DNA of 47,235 nucleotides from assembly GCA_002788395.1 (NCBI GenBank), contig PFRF01000043.1, positions 1-47,235 of the forward strand, read 5' to 3'. Below the pieces are notes generated by a model. That model searched no databases and was not told the DNA's origin. It saw only the letters and a list, made by a program, of their open reading frames with translations. Positions 18,474 to 27,351 of the stretch are shown piece by piece. Within the stretch, counting starts at the first letter, position 1. Each line of letters begins with the position of its first letter. The DNA is from Candidatus Levybacteria bacterium CG_4_9_14_0_2_um_filter_35_21 (lineage in GTDB: Bacteria; Patescibacteriota; Microgenomatia; Levybacterales; UBA12049). Position numbers and translations under genes: made by a program.

Positions 18474-19817
18474 ATGTTAAAAAGAATATTTACAAGTGAA
18501 GTTTCCATGTTTGTTGGAGAAGAGGTAAGGCTAAAAGGCTGGTTAAGGCTGAGGAGGGACCATGGAAAACTGATCTTTCTAGACTTGCGGGATAAAGATG
18601 GAATTGTACAGATTGTAGTAACTCCTAAAATTTCGGAGTCTGCTTACGAGCTTGCAAAAGACCTTCGGTCGGAAGATGTAATAGAAATTACCGGCAAGGT
18701 TAACAAGAGACCGGAGAACGCTGTTAACAAAGATCTAGATACAGGAACGGTAGAAATGGAAGCAACCGATATTAAAATTTTATCCAAGGCGGAAACATTA
18801 CCATTTGATATGGGCAGCGACAGCCTTAATTTGGAACTTCCTACTCTTTTGGATAACCGTTCGCTTACCTTACGACATCCGCAAATTGCAGGGATTTTTA
18901 AAGTTCAAGCGGCATTGCTTAAAGGATTTAGAAAAGCAGCTGAAGATCTTGGTTGTGTGGAGATTGTTGTTCCAACAGTTGTCGTAGATGCGACAGAAGG
19001 AGGAGCGGAGCTTTTTCAGATAGATTACTATGGACGTAAAGCCTTTTTAGCCCAAAGCCCTCAGCTTTATAAACAAATAATGGTTTCTATTTTCGAAAGA
19101 GTCTACACGATTGCTCATGCTTACAGGGCGGAACCTTCGGTAACAACAAGACATTTATCGGAAACTACTCAAATGGACATAGAGCTTGGTTTTGTAGAAT
19201 TTGCAGAGCTTTTAGATATTTTAGAAAATGTTGCAGTCGAAATGATAAAATATATAGAGGAAAACTGCAATAAAATCTTAAAGAATTCCGGGACAGGGAA
19301 AATTGCTTTTGGCAAGATTCCCCGTTTAACAGTAAGGGAAGCTCAGGAAATTATTTTAAAAGAATTCAAAAGAGATAATAGAAAGGAAAAAGACTTAGCT
19401 CCTCAAGATGAAGTTGATATTTGTAAATGGGCAAAAGAAAAACATATCAGCGATTTTGTCACCATTACTCACTTTCCAACAATGGCAAAACCATTCTACA
19501 CGATGCCCGATCCGAATAATCCGGAATATAGTTTAAGTTACGATTTACTTTTTCGAGGAGTTGAAGTGATGAGCGGAAGTCAGAGAATAAATGATTATAA
19601 TAAACTTATTGAGAATATTAAAAATAGGGGTATGGATCCAAAAAAATTTGAAATTTACCTTCAGGCATTTAAATATGGAATGCCGATAGAGGGAGGATTT
19701 TCTTTTGGAATGGAAAGAATTACCATGAAATTACTGGGACTTCAAAACGTTCGGGAAGCGAGTCTTTTTCCAAGAGATATGGAAAGAGTAGATGAAAAAC
19801 TTTCGAATTTTAAATAA
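18474..19817 (+). CDS. aspS: Aspartyl-tRNA synthetase, compact archaeal/type-2 form
   Basis: N-terminal OB fold VRLKGWLRLRRDHGKLIFLDLRDKDGIVQIV. Class II motifs FLAQSPQLYKQ, YRAEPS and GGFSFGMERI. The ATG at 18474 gives the usual N-terminal length, whereas the track start TTG 18414 adds 20 unconserved residues. Confidence 0.88.
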   Translation: MLKRIFTSEVSMFVGEEVRLKGWLRLRRDHGKLIFLDLRDKDGIVQIVVTPKISESAYELAKDLRSEDVIEITGKVNKRPENAVNKDLDTGTVEMEATDIKILSKAETLPFDMGSDSLNLELPTLLDNRSLTLRHPQIAGIFKVQAALLKGFRKAAEDLGCVEIVVPTVVVDATEGGAELFQIDYYGRKAFLAQSPQLYKQIMVSIFERVYTIAHAYRAEPSVTTRHLSETTQMDIELGFVEFAELLDILENVAVEMIKYIEENCNKILKNSGTGKIAFGKIPRLTVREAQEIILKEFKRDNRKEKDLAPQDEVDICKWAKEKHISDFVTITHFPTMAKPFYTMPDPNNPEYSLSYDLLFRGVEVMSGSQRINDYNKLIENIKNRGMDPKKFEIYLQAFKYGMPIEGGFSFGMERITMKLLGLQNVREASLFPRDMERVDEKLSNFK

Positions 19818-20748
19818 AAACTTGTTCTATAGTATAATTTACTTCTTCTTACCTTTTTTTTTGCTAATCTTAGCCTTAATTTTATTTTCCCTAGACACTT
19901 ATTTTAAAGAGGCTTTGTTAAAAATTAAAATTTTATCGTCCCCATTGCCTCCATTAACGGTTTCAAGATACCCAATATTAAAAGAACAGTTCATTCCACA
20001 AATTTCTGCCAAGGGTGCGGTTGTTTTGGACCCGGAGACAAAAGTCGTTCTTTATGCTAAAAATCCTAATTTAAGATTCTCTTCTGCTTCTACAACTAAA
20101 ATAATGACTGCTCTTACTGCACTTCAGACGTTTAATTTAAATCAAGAATTGGTTGTTTTTGAGCAATTTAACAAGGGGTCTGTAATAGGACTTAGAATTG
20201 GAGAAAAAATGACATTTGAAAATCTTCTGTATGGAATGCTTCTACCATCCGGAAATGATGTTGCCCTAACAGTTGCTCAAAATTATCCGGGAGGGCTTAA
20301 AAAATTTGTAAAAAAAATGAATAAAAACGCTAAAGATTGGTATTTATATAATACTCACTTTGAAGACCCGACAGGACTTAATGATGGAAATTTTACTACC
20401 TCGGTTGATTTGGCAAGACTTGCCGCGGTTTCTAAAAAGAATCCTATATTTTCAAAAGTGGTTTCAACCAAAAATAAATCGATTACAGATGTATCGGGAA
20501 CAGAAAAATATGACTTGGAAAATCTAAATAAATTACTTGGAATCGACGGAATCGACGGAATTAAAACAGGCTATACGGAAGAGGCAGGACAAGTTTTAGT
20601 TACTTCAAAAACTTATTTTGACACCGGAGAAAATAAAAAACGCTCAATAATTGTGGTTGTTATGGGTAGTGTAGATAGATTTTCCGATACACAAAGTTTG
20701 TTAAATCTTGCTTCCGGTAATATTACATACTTATCCATTCATCCTTAA
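19792..20748 (+). CDS. D-alanyl-D-alanine carboxypeptidase (S11, PBP5-like)
   Basis: N-terminal anchor. SxxK (SASTTK), SxN (PSGND) and KTG (IKTGYT) motifs in the right order. Confidence 0.8.
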   Translation: MKNFRILNKNLFYSIIYFFLPFFLLILALILFSLDTYFKEALLKIKILSSPLPPLTVSRYPILKEQFIPQISAKGAVVLDPETKVVLYAKNPNLRFSSASTTKIMTALTALQTFNLNQELVVFEQFNKGSVIGLRIGEKMTFENLLYGMLLPSGNDVALTVAQNYPGGLKKFVKKMNKNAKDWYLYNTHFEDPTGLNDGNFTTSVDLARLAAVSKKNPIFSKVVSTKNKSITDVSGTEKYDLENLNKLLGIDGIDGIKTGYTEEAGQVLVTSKTYFDTGENKKRSIIVVVMGSVDRFSDTQSLLNLASGNITYLSIHP

Positions 20749-21775
20749 TTGCGGAAATATAAGCAAAGAAGTTTTCATTTCCTTCGAAAACAACTATCGG
20801 CATTAAATAGTTCTGTCTATTCTCCGAAATATAATATGCAAGGTAAATATTTGTAATAGATATGCTATTTTTTTTTGTCGGGTTTGATGCAATAAATCCG
20901 TTTCCATTTTTTAATTCATCTAGTGCTTCTGAGGCGGTTCTAATTGGATATGTTTCAGATTCGTCGGAAGCTTCTTGATAAGTAAATTTAGCTTCCACTA
21001 CTTGCGGTTGGTCTTTTCCACCGGTAATAAGTAAGTTAATTGGGGATGTATTTGGATCGGTATAAAAAATAGGAAGTTTATTTTTGTTATTCTGGAAGAA
21101 ATAAACCCGTGCAGCCTGAGCACTGGAAATACTTGTTGTAGGCATTAGAACGTAATTATTAATTGTTAGAAGTTCCGTTTTTATTCTTTCCAGATCAAGG
21201 TCTGTTGTCGGTAAAGCTCCAATACCGGATAAAAAATTTTGAGCAATATCTGAAATAATGGAAACATCTGTTGGAAAATTTTTTCCTGAAACAACATTGA
21301 CGTCGGTTATGTAGGATGATGTTAGGGTAAAATCAGACGTAAAGATGTTATACAACAGAGTTTTAGGAAAAGGAGAAGACGTTGTGAATCTATAAACATT
21401 TTTGCTAACTAAAGTTGGAATTAAGTCAAATTTAATTCTGCTTAGTTTTTCCTCAGCTTTTTTTAAAGCTAATAGATCTGCCTGTGGCTTGATCATTCTA
21501 AAGACACTTACTCTGTCCGGAAAATTAGGTAGCTTGCCGGAAACTGTGTCAACGTAAAATACAAAGTTTTTTGACCCCTCTTGTCTAGGGAAATCAATCT
21601 GCGGAAGTTTGTTATAGCCTACTGTCGGCGGCGGCGGCGGCGTAGGATAAAGAGCATTCTTTGTCATAACTCCAAGCTTAAAAAGAATAAAAAGAAAAAT
21701 TACTGCTCCAAGTGTTATTCCACACCATTTAACAAGGATCCTTGTTTCAGAAGAAATTTGACTTAAAGTAGGCAT
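20723..21775 (-). CDS. Hypothetical membrane-anchored extracytoplasmic protein with PPPPP linker
   Basis: The ATG at 21775 (MPTLSQ...) sits 6 nt after a -10 box. One TM (ITLGAVIFLFILF), then TPPPPPT. The 3' end overlaps the convergent dac-like gene by 26 nt. Confidence 0.5.
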   Translation of the reverse strand: MPTLSQISSETRILVKWCGITLGAVIFLFILFKLGVMTKNALYPTPPPPPTVGYNKLPQIDFPRQEGSKNFVFYVDTVSGKLPNFPDRVSVFRMIKPQADLLALKKAEEKLSRIKFDLIPTLVSKNVYRFTTSSPFPKTLLYNIFTSDFTLTSSYITDVNVVSGKNFPTDVSIISDIAQNFLSGIGALPTTDLDLERIKTELLTINNYVLMPTTSISSAQAARVYFFQNNKNKLPIFYTDPNTSPINLLITGGKDQPQVVEAKFTYQEASDESETYPIRTASEALDELKNGNGFIASNPTKKNSISITNIYLAYYISENRQNYLMPIVVFEGNENFFAYISAIKDEWISM

Positions 21776-21781
21776 GTATTG

Positions 21782-21811
21782 AGTATAGGAAAAGTTTAGG
21801 GTACAATGCAA
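21782..21811 (-). promoter_or_regulatory. Sigma70-like promoter TTGCAT-N18-TATACT, 6 nt before ATG 21775 (leaderless geometry)
   Basis: The reverse complement of 21806-21811 is TTGCAT and that of 21782-21787 is TATACT. Confidence 0.4.
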
Positions 21812-21865
21812 GGGGAGCACCATACGGTGCCCCCTTAGAGATGTGCCGACTGGTACATTTCAAGT

Positions 21866-23098
21866 ATGTTTATGATAAAGGTCAGGTTTGCTCCAAGTCC
21901 AACAGGCATACCGCATATTGGCGGTATTAGAACAGCACTCTATAATTATTTATTTGCAAAACATAATAATGGCAAATTTTTATTAAGAATTGAGGATACG
22001 GATAGAAAAAGGTTTGTAGAAGGTGCGGAAGAGTCAATAATAAGTTCTTTAAAATGGCTTGGTCTTAATTGGGACGAAAAAATAACACATCAATCGGAAA
22101 GACTTAGTGTTTATAAAGCACATACTCAAACCCTTTTAGATAAAAAAATTGCTTATAAAAAAAATGATGCTATTTGGATTAAGATGCCCGAAGATAAGAT
22201 CTTTGCCTGGAAAGATTTAGTTGGAAATAAAAAAATTTCATTTGAAGGAAAAGATCAGCAGGATTTTGTTGCTTTAAAATCGGACGGTTTTCCAACTTAC
22301 CATTTAGCAAACGTAGTAGACGATCATTTAATGGGAATAACCCATGTTATTCGTGGTCAAGAATGGATTTCTTCCGTTCCCAAACATTTATACTTATACG
22401 AAAGTTTTTCCTGGGATCCTCCGAAGTTTGCTCATATGCCTGTAATTTTGGGACCGGATAAGGGTAAGCTTTCCAAAAGACATGGTGCTAAATCTACTCT
22501 TGATTATAAAAATGAAGGTTATTTGAAAGAGGCAATTTTAAATTATATTGCAATTTTAGGTTGGAATCCTGGAGGTGACAAGGAGGTTCTAACGCTTGAA
22601 GAGATGGTAAAAATTTTTGATATTAAAGATATTAATACTTCTAACCCTAAATTTGATTTAATTAAATTAGAATGGATGAATGGAATATATATAAGATCAC
22701 TTTCGGTAGAGGAATTAAAAGAAAAATTAAAAGATTATGGAATAAATCTTACAGGATATTCGGTAAGAGAACTTAATAGTTTAGTTGAACTTGCTAAAAC
22801 TAGAATAGCTAATCTATCTGAATTTGAAGAATTAATTAATCCTTTATTTAATCCTATGAAACAGGAATTAGAATCCGAAGAAAAACAAATTAGAGATGTT
22901 TTGAGAGCAAAACTTTCCACATTAGATAATTGGAATGAAGAAAAAATTTTGGATATCTTAAGAGGAGAAGCTAAAGTAAGAAATAAAAAAATGTCGGTTA
23001 TTTATAAAATTATGATTGGAAAGGAGAGAGGACTTCCTCTTCCACAGGCACTTACTATTATAGGAAAAGAAAAGACAATGAATTTACTTAATGAATAA
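21866..23098 (+). CDS. gltX: Glutamyl-tRNA synthetase, compact form
   Basis: RFAPSPTGIPHIGGIRTALYNY (HIGH), RIEDTD and KLSKR (KMSKS). Only 410 aa. The Cys-rich zinc segment present in E. coli GluRS after the AY motif appears absent. Confidence 0.9.
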   Translation: MFMIKVRFAPSPTGIPHIGGIRTALYNYLFAKHNNGKFLLRIEDTDRKRFVEGAEESIISSLKWLGLNWDEKITHQSERLSVYKAHTQTLLDKKIAYKKNDAIWIKMPEDKIFAWKDLVGNKKISFEGKDQQDFVALKSDGFPTYHLANVVDDHLMGITHVIRGQEWISSVPKHLYLYESFSWDPPKFAHMPVILGPDKGKLSKRHGAKSTLDYKNEGYLKEAILNYIAILGWNPGGDKEVLTLEEMVKIFDIKDINTSNPKFDLIKLEWMNGIYIRSLSVEELKEKLKDYGINLTGYSVRELNSLVELAKTRIANLSEFEELINPLFNPMKQELESEEKQIRDVLRAKLSTLDNWNEEKILDILRGEAKVRNKKMSVIYKIMIGKERGLPLPQALTIIGKEKTMNLLNE

Positions 23099-23693
23099 AA
23101 CAATTAAATTTTTTTTTGCAGAATTTTTTTCCTCCATATTTAATCCGGTTGTGTTTTTACTCTTAATGCCCTTTCTTATTGTTTATAGGCAAACTGCAAG
23201 TATTGAATATGCATTAAAATGGCAGCTTTTTACATCAATTTTTCTAATGATTGGTATAACATTCTTGCTTTTTGGACTTCACAAGAAAATTTTTTCGGAT
23301 ATAGATTTAACAAAAAGAGAAGAAAGAAAAGAATTCTATAAAATGTCCTTAATTCTTTCTGCCGGCTATTTAGTTTCAGCAATTTTATTTAAAGGTCCTG
23401 TTTTTTATATTAGTTTTGCAGCCGGGGGAATAACCGTTGGAGCATTCATTCTTTCTTTAATAAATAACTACACAAAGGCCAGTGTTCATCTTGCTGTTGC
23501 TACTGCATTTGTAACAACGATAGGAATTCTTTATGGATTTAATATTTTCATTTTTATTTTTTGGATTATCCCTCTAACTTTATGGGCAAGGCATTATCTT
23601 AAAAAACATACGATATTGCAAATGATTATCGGAATATTAGTCGGTCTTTTTGTAACGCTTGGTACTTTATTTATCTCGAGAATGTTTTTATAA
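23091..23693 (+). CDS. Polytopic membrane protein, weak PAP2-superfamily phosphatase resemblance
   Basis: 6 TM segments. KASVH and ARHYLKKHTILQ loosely match the PAP2 PSGH and SRxxxxxHxxxD motifs. The first PAP2 motif is not evident. Confidence 0.4.
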   Translation: MNKTIKFFFAEFFSSIFNPVVFLLLMPFLIVYRQTASIEYALKWQLFTSIFLMIGITFLLFGLHKKIFSDIDLTKREERKEFYKMSLILSAGYLVSAILFKGPVFYISFAAGGITVGAFILSLINNYTKASVHLAVATAFVTTIGILYGFNIFIFIFWIIPLTLWARHYLKKHTILQMIIGILVGLFVTLGTLFISRMFL

Positions 23694-23702
23694 TTAGGAT
23701 AA

Positions 23703-24071
23703 ATGATTGATTTTAATAAATTATACTATTCATTTCACTACGCTCTTCAAGGAATAAAACATGCTTTAAAAAACGATCAAAATTTAAGGATACATTTTGT
23801 AGTTGCTACTTTAGTAATAATTGCGAGTTTAATCTTTCATGTAAATCCATTTGAGATGGGGATTTTAGGGATAATGATTCTACTCGTAATAACAGCGGAA
23901 ATGATAAACACGACTATAGAAGAAATGGTAAACCTTATTACAACCGAGCATAGAAAAGAGGCTAAAACGGCAAAGGATGTTGCAGCAGGAATGGTCTTAT
24001 TAATTGCAATAGGTTCGGTTATTGTTGGTTTTTTAATTTTTACTCCCTATATAGAAAAGATTTTTAGATAG
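23703..24071 (+). CDS. dgkA: Diacylglycerol/undecaprenol kinase (DgkA family)
   Basis: 122 aa, 3 TM. FHYALQGIKHALKNDQNLRIH, AEMINTTIEEMVN and AKDVAAGMVL are typical of DgkA. Confidence 0.8.
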   Translation: MIDFNKLYYSFHYALQGIKHALKNDQNLRIHFVVATLVIIASLIFHVNPFEMGILGIMILLVITAEMINTTIEEMVNLITTEHRKEAKTAKDVAAGMVLLIAIGSVIVGFLIFTPYIEKIFR

Positions 24072-24093
24072 CTTTTAGGTATATAATTAAGAT

Positions 24094-24887
24094 ATGAATA
24101 TTATTCAGGTAGATAGTCTGGTGAAAAAATTTAATGACTTCACAGCCGTTGATAATATTTCGTTTTCAGTTGAAGAGGGAGAGATATTTGCTTTTTTAGG
24201 TCCAAATGGTGCAGGAAAAACGACAACTATAAAGATGCTTACAACACTTCTTAATCCAACCAGAGGAAAGATTCTATTAAACGGTTTTGATCCTGTAATG
24301 AAAAAAATGAGGCAAGAAAATCATTTGGTATAGTTTTTCAGGATGCCAGTTTGGATGAAGAGCTAACTGCAAGAGAAAACTTGGAGTTTCATGGCGTTTT
24401 ATATAAAGTTCCCAAGAAACTAAGAAAAGAACGCATTAGAGAGCTGCTGGAATTAGTTGAATTATGGGATAGAAAAGATGATTTAGTTAAAACTTTTTCC
24501 GGTGGAATGAGAAGAAGACTTGAAATTGCAAGAGGATTATTACATCATTCAAAAATATTCTTCCTAGACGAACCCACTCTCGGACTTGATCCCCAAACCA
24601 GAAGCCGTATGTGGGAGTATATTACCTAGCTAAATAAAAAAGAGGGAATTACGATATTTTTTACAACTCATTACATTGAAGAAGCGGAAAAAATTGCCCA
24701 AAAAGTAGCAATTATTGACCATGGCAAAATTATTGTTCAAGGAACGTCGGAAGATCTAATGGAAAAAACCAAAACAAAAACACTTGAAGAGGCATTTTTA
24801 AATTTAACGGGGTGTGACATAAGAGATGAGGGGGCAAGCACGACAGATGGCATGAGAATGCATAGAAAAATATGGAGGAAAAGATAG
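24094..24887 (+). pseudogene. ABC transporter ATP-binding protein disrupted by a frameshift in an A7 run and an in-frame TAG
   Basis: Walker A GPNGAGKTT in frame 1. After the A7 run at 24301-24307 the homology continues in frame 3 (NEARKSFGIVFQDASLDEELTAREN..., signature SGGMRRR, Walker B FFLDEPT). TAG at 24627-24629 interrupts WEYIT*LNKKEGITIFFTTHYIEEAE. The reading frame then runs to 24887, overlapping the permease start. Confidence 0.8.
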
Positions 24888-25633
24888 AGAATGTAATTTA
24901 TATTTTATGGTCTAGGCAGTTAAAGCGTTATCTAAGGTCAAAATCCAGAATTATTGGTTCTTTAGGTCAGCCGGTGTTGTTTTTAATCGCTTTAGGTTTT
25001 GGTTTTGGTCCAATTTATCAAAAGGCAGGGCAGGGTAACTATATTCAATTTTTAGCACCCGGAATAATTTCCATGAGTATTTTATTTACTTCGATCTTCT
25101 CCGGAATTGAAATTATTTGGGATAGGCAGTTTGGATTTTTGAAAGAAACCCTAGTTGCCCCTGTTTTCAGGGCAGAAATTATGATTGGTAGAACTCTTGG
25201 TGGGGCTACTGTATCCAGCGCTCAGGGGATTATTGTTCTTTTAATATCAATGCTGGTTGGTTTTAGACCGCAAGGCGTTGTTCAAGTATTTTTTGCCTTA
25301 ATAGTTATGATTCTTACCGCGATTCTTTTTACCGCATTGGGAACTGCAATTGCTTCTCTTCTTGATGACATGCAAGGATTTCAGTTAATTATGAATTTTC
25401 TAATTATGCTGCTTTTTTTCTTGTCAGGAGCATTGTTTCCGTTAAAAGGGTTGCCAACGTTTTTAGTAATTGTTACTTCGATTGATCCACTTTCTTATGG
25501 AGTTGACGGTTTGCGCTCAACTTTAACCGGAACAAGTCACTTTGGATTACCTATGGACATCTTCTTATTAGGGACAGGAGTGGTAATTCTTCTAGGGGTT
25601 GGCAGTTATCTTTTTTCCAAAATTCAAGTCTAA
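24872..25633 (+). CDS. ABC-2 type transporter permease
   Basis: 253 aa with 6 TM. ABC-2 style N-terminus LWSRQLKRYLRSKSRIIGSLGQP. Overlaps the end of the ATPase reading frame by 16 nt. Confidence 0.75.
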   Translation: MEEKIENVIYILWSRQLKRYLRSKSRIIGSLGQPVLFLIALGFGFGPIYQKAGQGNYIQFLAPGIISMSILFTSIFSGIEIIWDRQFGFLKETLVAPVFRAEIMIGRTLGGATVSSAQGIIVLLISMLVGFRPQGVVQVFFALIVMILTAILFTALGTAIASLLDDMQGFQLIMNFLIMLLFFLSGALFPLKGLPTFLVIVTSIDPLSYGVDGLRSTLTGTSHFGLPMDIFLLGTGVVILLGVGSYLFSKIQV

Positions 25634-25662
25634 TTTTTTACTTTCTTCTTACGTTTTTTTTG

Positions 25663-25692
25663 TTGACATTATTAATAAAATTTTAGTATGAT
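25663..25692 (+). promoter_or_regulatory. Sigma70-like promoter TTGACA-N18-TATGAT, 6 nt before ATG 25699 (leaderless geometry)
   Basis: TTGACA at 25663-25668, TATGAT at 25687-25692. No SD is possible in the 6-nt gap. Confidence 0.45.
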
Positions 25693-25698
25693 GGTCTA

Positions 25699-26058
25699 AT
25701 GGAAGAACAAATTCAGCCTTTCCAACCTGTTCAACCAGCAGAAAGTATTCCGGTAGTAGAGTCTGTAGAAAAGAAATCTTCAAAGAAAGTTCTTATAATT
25801 GGGTTGATTATTTTACTAATTTTAGTTCCGCTTGTAATGTTAGGGCAGCAATATTTCGGAAAGTCAAATAAAAAGACGGAAATTGTTGTAAATCAAAAAA
25901 TTAGTCCTTCTCCTATTCCTTCGAGTGCCGTTGTGGATACTAGCGACGCCCAAATAGATAAAGATGCTCAGGCGGTAGGTCAGGCTGTTGATAGTCTTAA
26001 TAACGACCTAAACGAAATTGATAATAGCTTAAACGAACAACAGGTAAATTTACAATAA
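25699..26058 (+). CDS. Hypothetical N-terminally anchored protein
   Basis: One TM (VLIIGLIILLILVPLVML) followed by an acidic/polar tail. No family recognised. Confidence 0.5.
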   Translation: MEEQIQPFQPVQPAESIPVVESVEKKSSKKVLIIGLIILLILVPLVMLGQQYFGKSNKKTEIVVNQKISPSPIPSSAVVDTSDAQIDKDAQAVGQAVDSLNNDLNEIDNSLNEQQVNLQ

Positions 26059-26059
26059 A

Positions 26060-26884
26060 ATGAAAAAATTAATTATAATTAGTACATTATTAACAGTATT
26101 ATTTTTGGTAATGCCTGTTTATGCGCAAACAGAAGTCACAAACGGTAGGTTGGGTGCTGTACGGGAAAAGTTAGAACAGAATACGGCTCAAAGAGAAGCA
26201 AAGATTACTCAAGCGCAGGAAAGAGTTGCAACAACCTTAAAAAAAAGAGCGGAAAAAGAATTAGACAGAAGGATTAGATCTTTAAATGGGTTAATTACAA
26301 AAATAAATTCGTTTAAAAAACTCGGTAATAGTCAAAAATCTACATTGGTAGCTCAAATTCAAACAGAAGTAACAAATTTAACCGCTTTAAAAGCAAAGAT
26401 AGAAGCGGATACTGATAATTTAACCCTTAAAACGGACGTTCAATCTATTACAAAAGGGTTTAGGATTTATGCCTTTTTTGTGCCCAAGATCCATGTTTTG
26501 GCAACAGCAGATACCTTAGATAATGTTTCCGATAAAATGGAATCTCTTTTGGGAAAACTGGAAACAAGAATTGCAGAGGCAAAAGTAAAAGGACTAAACA
26601 CTGCCTCATTAGATATTATCCTTACGGATCTCAAAGCTAAGATTGCCGACGCAAGAATTCAAGCTCAAGCCGCAAAAGATTTAGTAATCCCCTTAACTCC
26701 AGATGGATACCCAGGGAATAAAACCGTGCTTCAGTCCGCAAGGGCAAAATTAGTAGTGGGGCATAAGAATCTGCAGCTTGCAAAAAAGGATATACAAAAG
26801 ATTATAAAGGATTTAAGAGTATTAAATAAAGAATCATCCGCATCTACTACGACTTCAAGTACGACAACAACTACAACTCCGTAA
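26060..26884 (+). CDS. Secreted coiled-coil protein with Ser/Thr-rich C-terminal tail
   Basis: Signal peptide MKKLIIISTLLTVLFLVMPVYAQ, long heptad-like helical region, C-terminus SSASTTTSSTTTTTTP. Starts 1 nt after the upstream stop. Confidence 0.55.
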   Translation: MKKLIIISTLLTVLFLVMPVYAQTEVTNGRLGAVREKLEQNTAQREAKITQAQERVATTLKKRAEKELDRRIRSLNGLITKINSFKKLGNSQKSTLVAQIQTEVTNLTALKAKIEADTDNLTLKTDVQSITKGFRIYAFFVPKIHVLATADTLDNVSDKMESLLGKLETRIAEAKVKGLNTASLDIILTDLKAKIADARIQAQAAKDLVIPLTPDGYPGNKTVLQSARAKLVVGHKNLQLAKKDIQKIIKDLRVLNKESSASTTTSSTTTTTTP

Positions 26885-27209
26885 ACTCATTATAAAATGA
26901 TACTTGTTTCTTTTTAATCTGTCTAATCATTTTCTTAAATCTTTTTTCTTTTGAAGTGCAAAAAAATTCTCGGCAAGCCTGAGGTCTTATTTTGTAAATG
27001 GTACATTTATTATCTTTTAGATAAACGCAACTTCCATTTTCCTTTTGCTTTAGAGTATTTGCTGCGCAAGAATTTGCTTTACGAAAATTATCAATTAACC
27101 CAAATTCTTCAAACTGAGTTTTATATTTACCCGATTTATATTCTTTTTCGGTTAGGTTTATTACAAACAAGCGACAACAAATACCGCACCGTGTGCAATC
27201 GTTTTTCAT
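26871..27209 (-). CDS. YkgJ-family cysteine-cluster protein (CxxCxxCC)
   Basis: CTRCGICCRLF at the N-terminus and CVYLKDNKCTIYKIRPQACREF later, typical of the YkgJ/UPF0153 family. Confidence 0.75.
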   Translation of the reverse strand: MKNDCTRCGICCRLFVINLTEKEYKSGKYKTQFEEFGLIDNFRKANSCAANTLKQKENGSCVYLKDNKCTIYKIRPQACREFFCTSKEKRFKKMIRQIKKKQVSFYNEFTEL

Positions 27210-27351
27210 ATTTTTTACTTAGAATATAGGATTCGGATTAATTGTATCATCTTCTTGGATAATTAAATTGTGCTCATGAATTATATCTGCTAAAATTAGC
27301 CTTACATTGTCGAGCAAGGATGAAGTCCGCAGAGCACGGCAAAGTAATCAA

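Noticed and set aside
24627-24629. Stop-codon reassignment (TAG or TGA sense codons) as an explanation for interrupted genes
   Set aside because: TAG terminates secF, recJ and the 29006 gene at their expected ends. TGA terminates ugd, uxs and others at conserved ends. The standard code fits everywhere else.
26951-27229. 92-aa plus-strand ORF
   Set aside because: Antisense to the YkgJ-family gene, whose CxxCxxCC and second Cys cluster are diagnostic.
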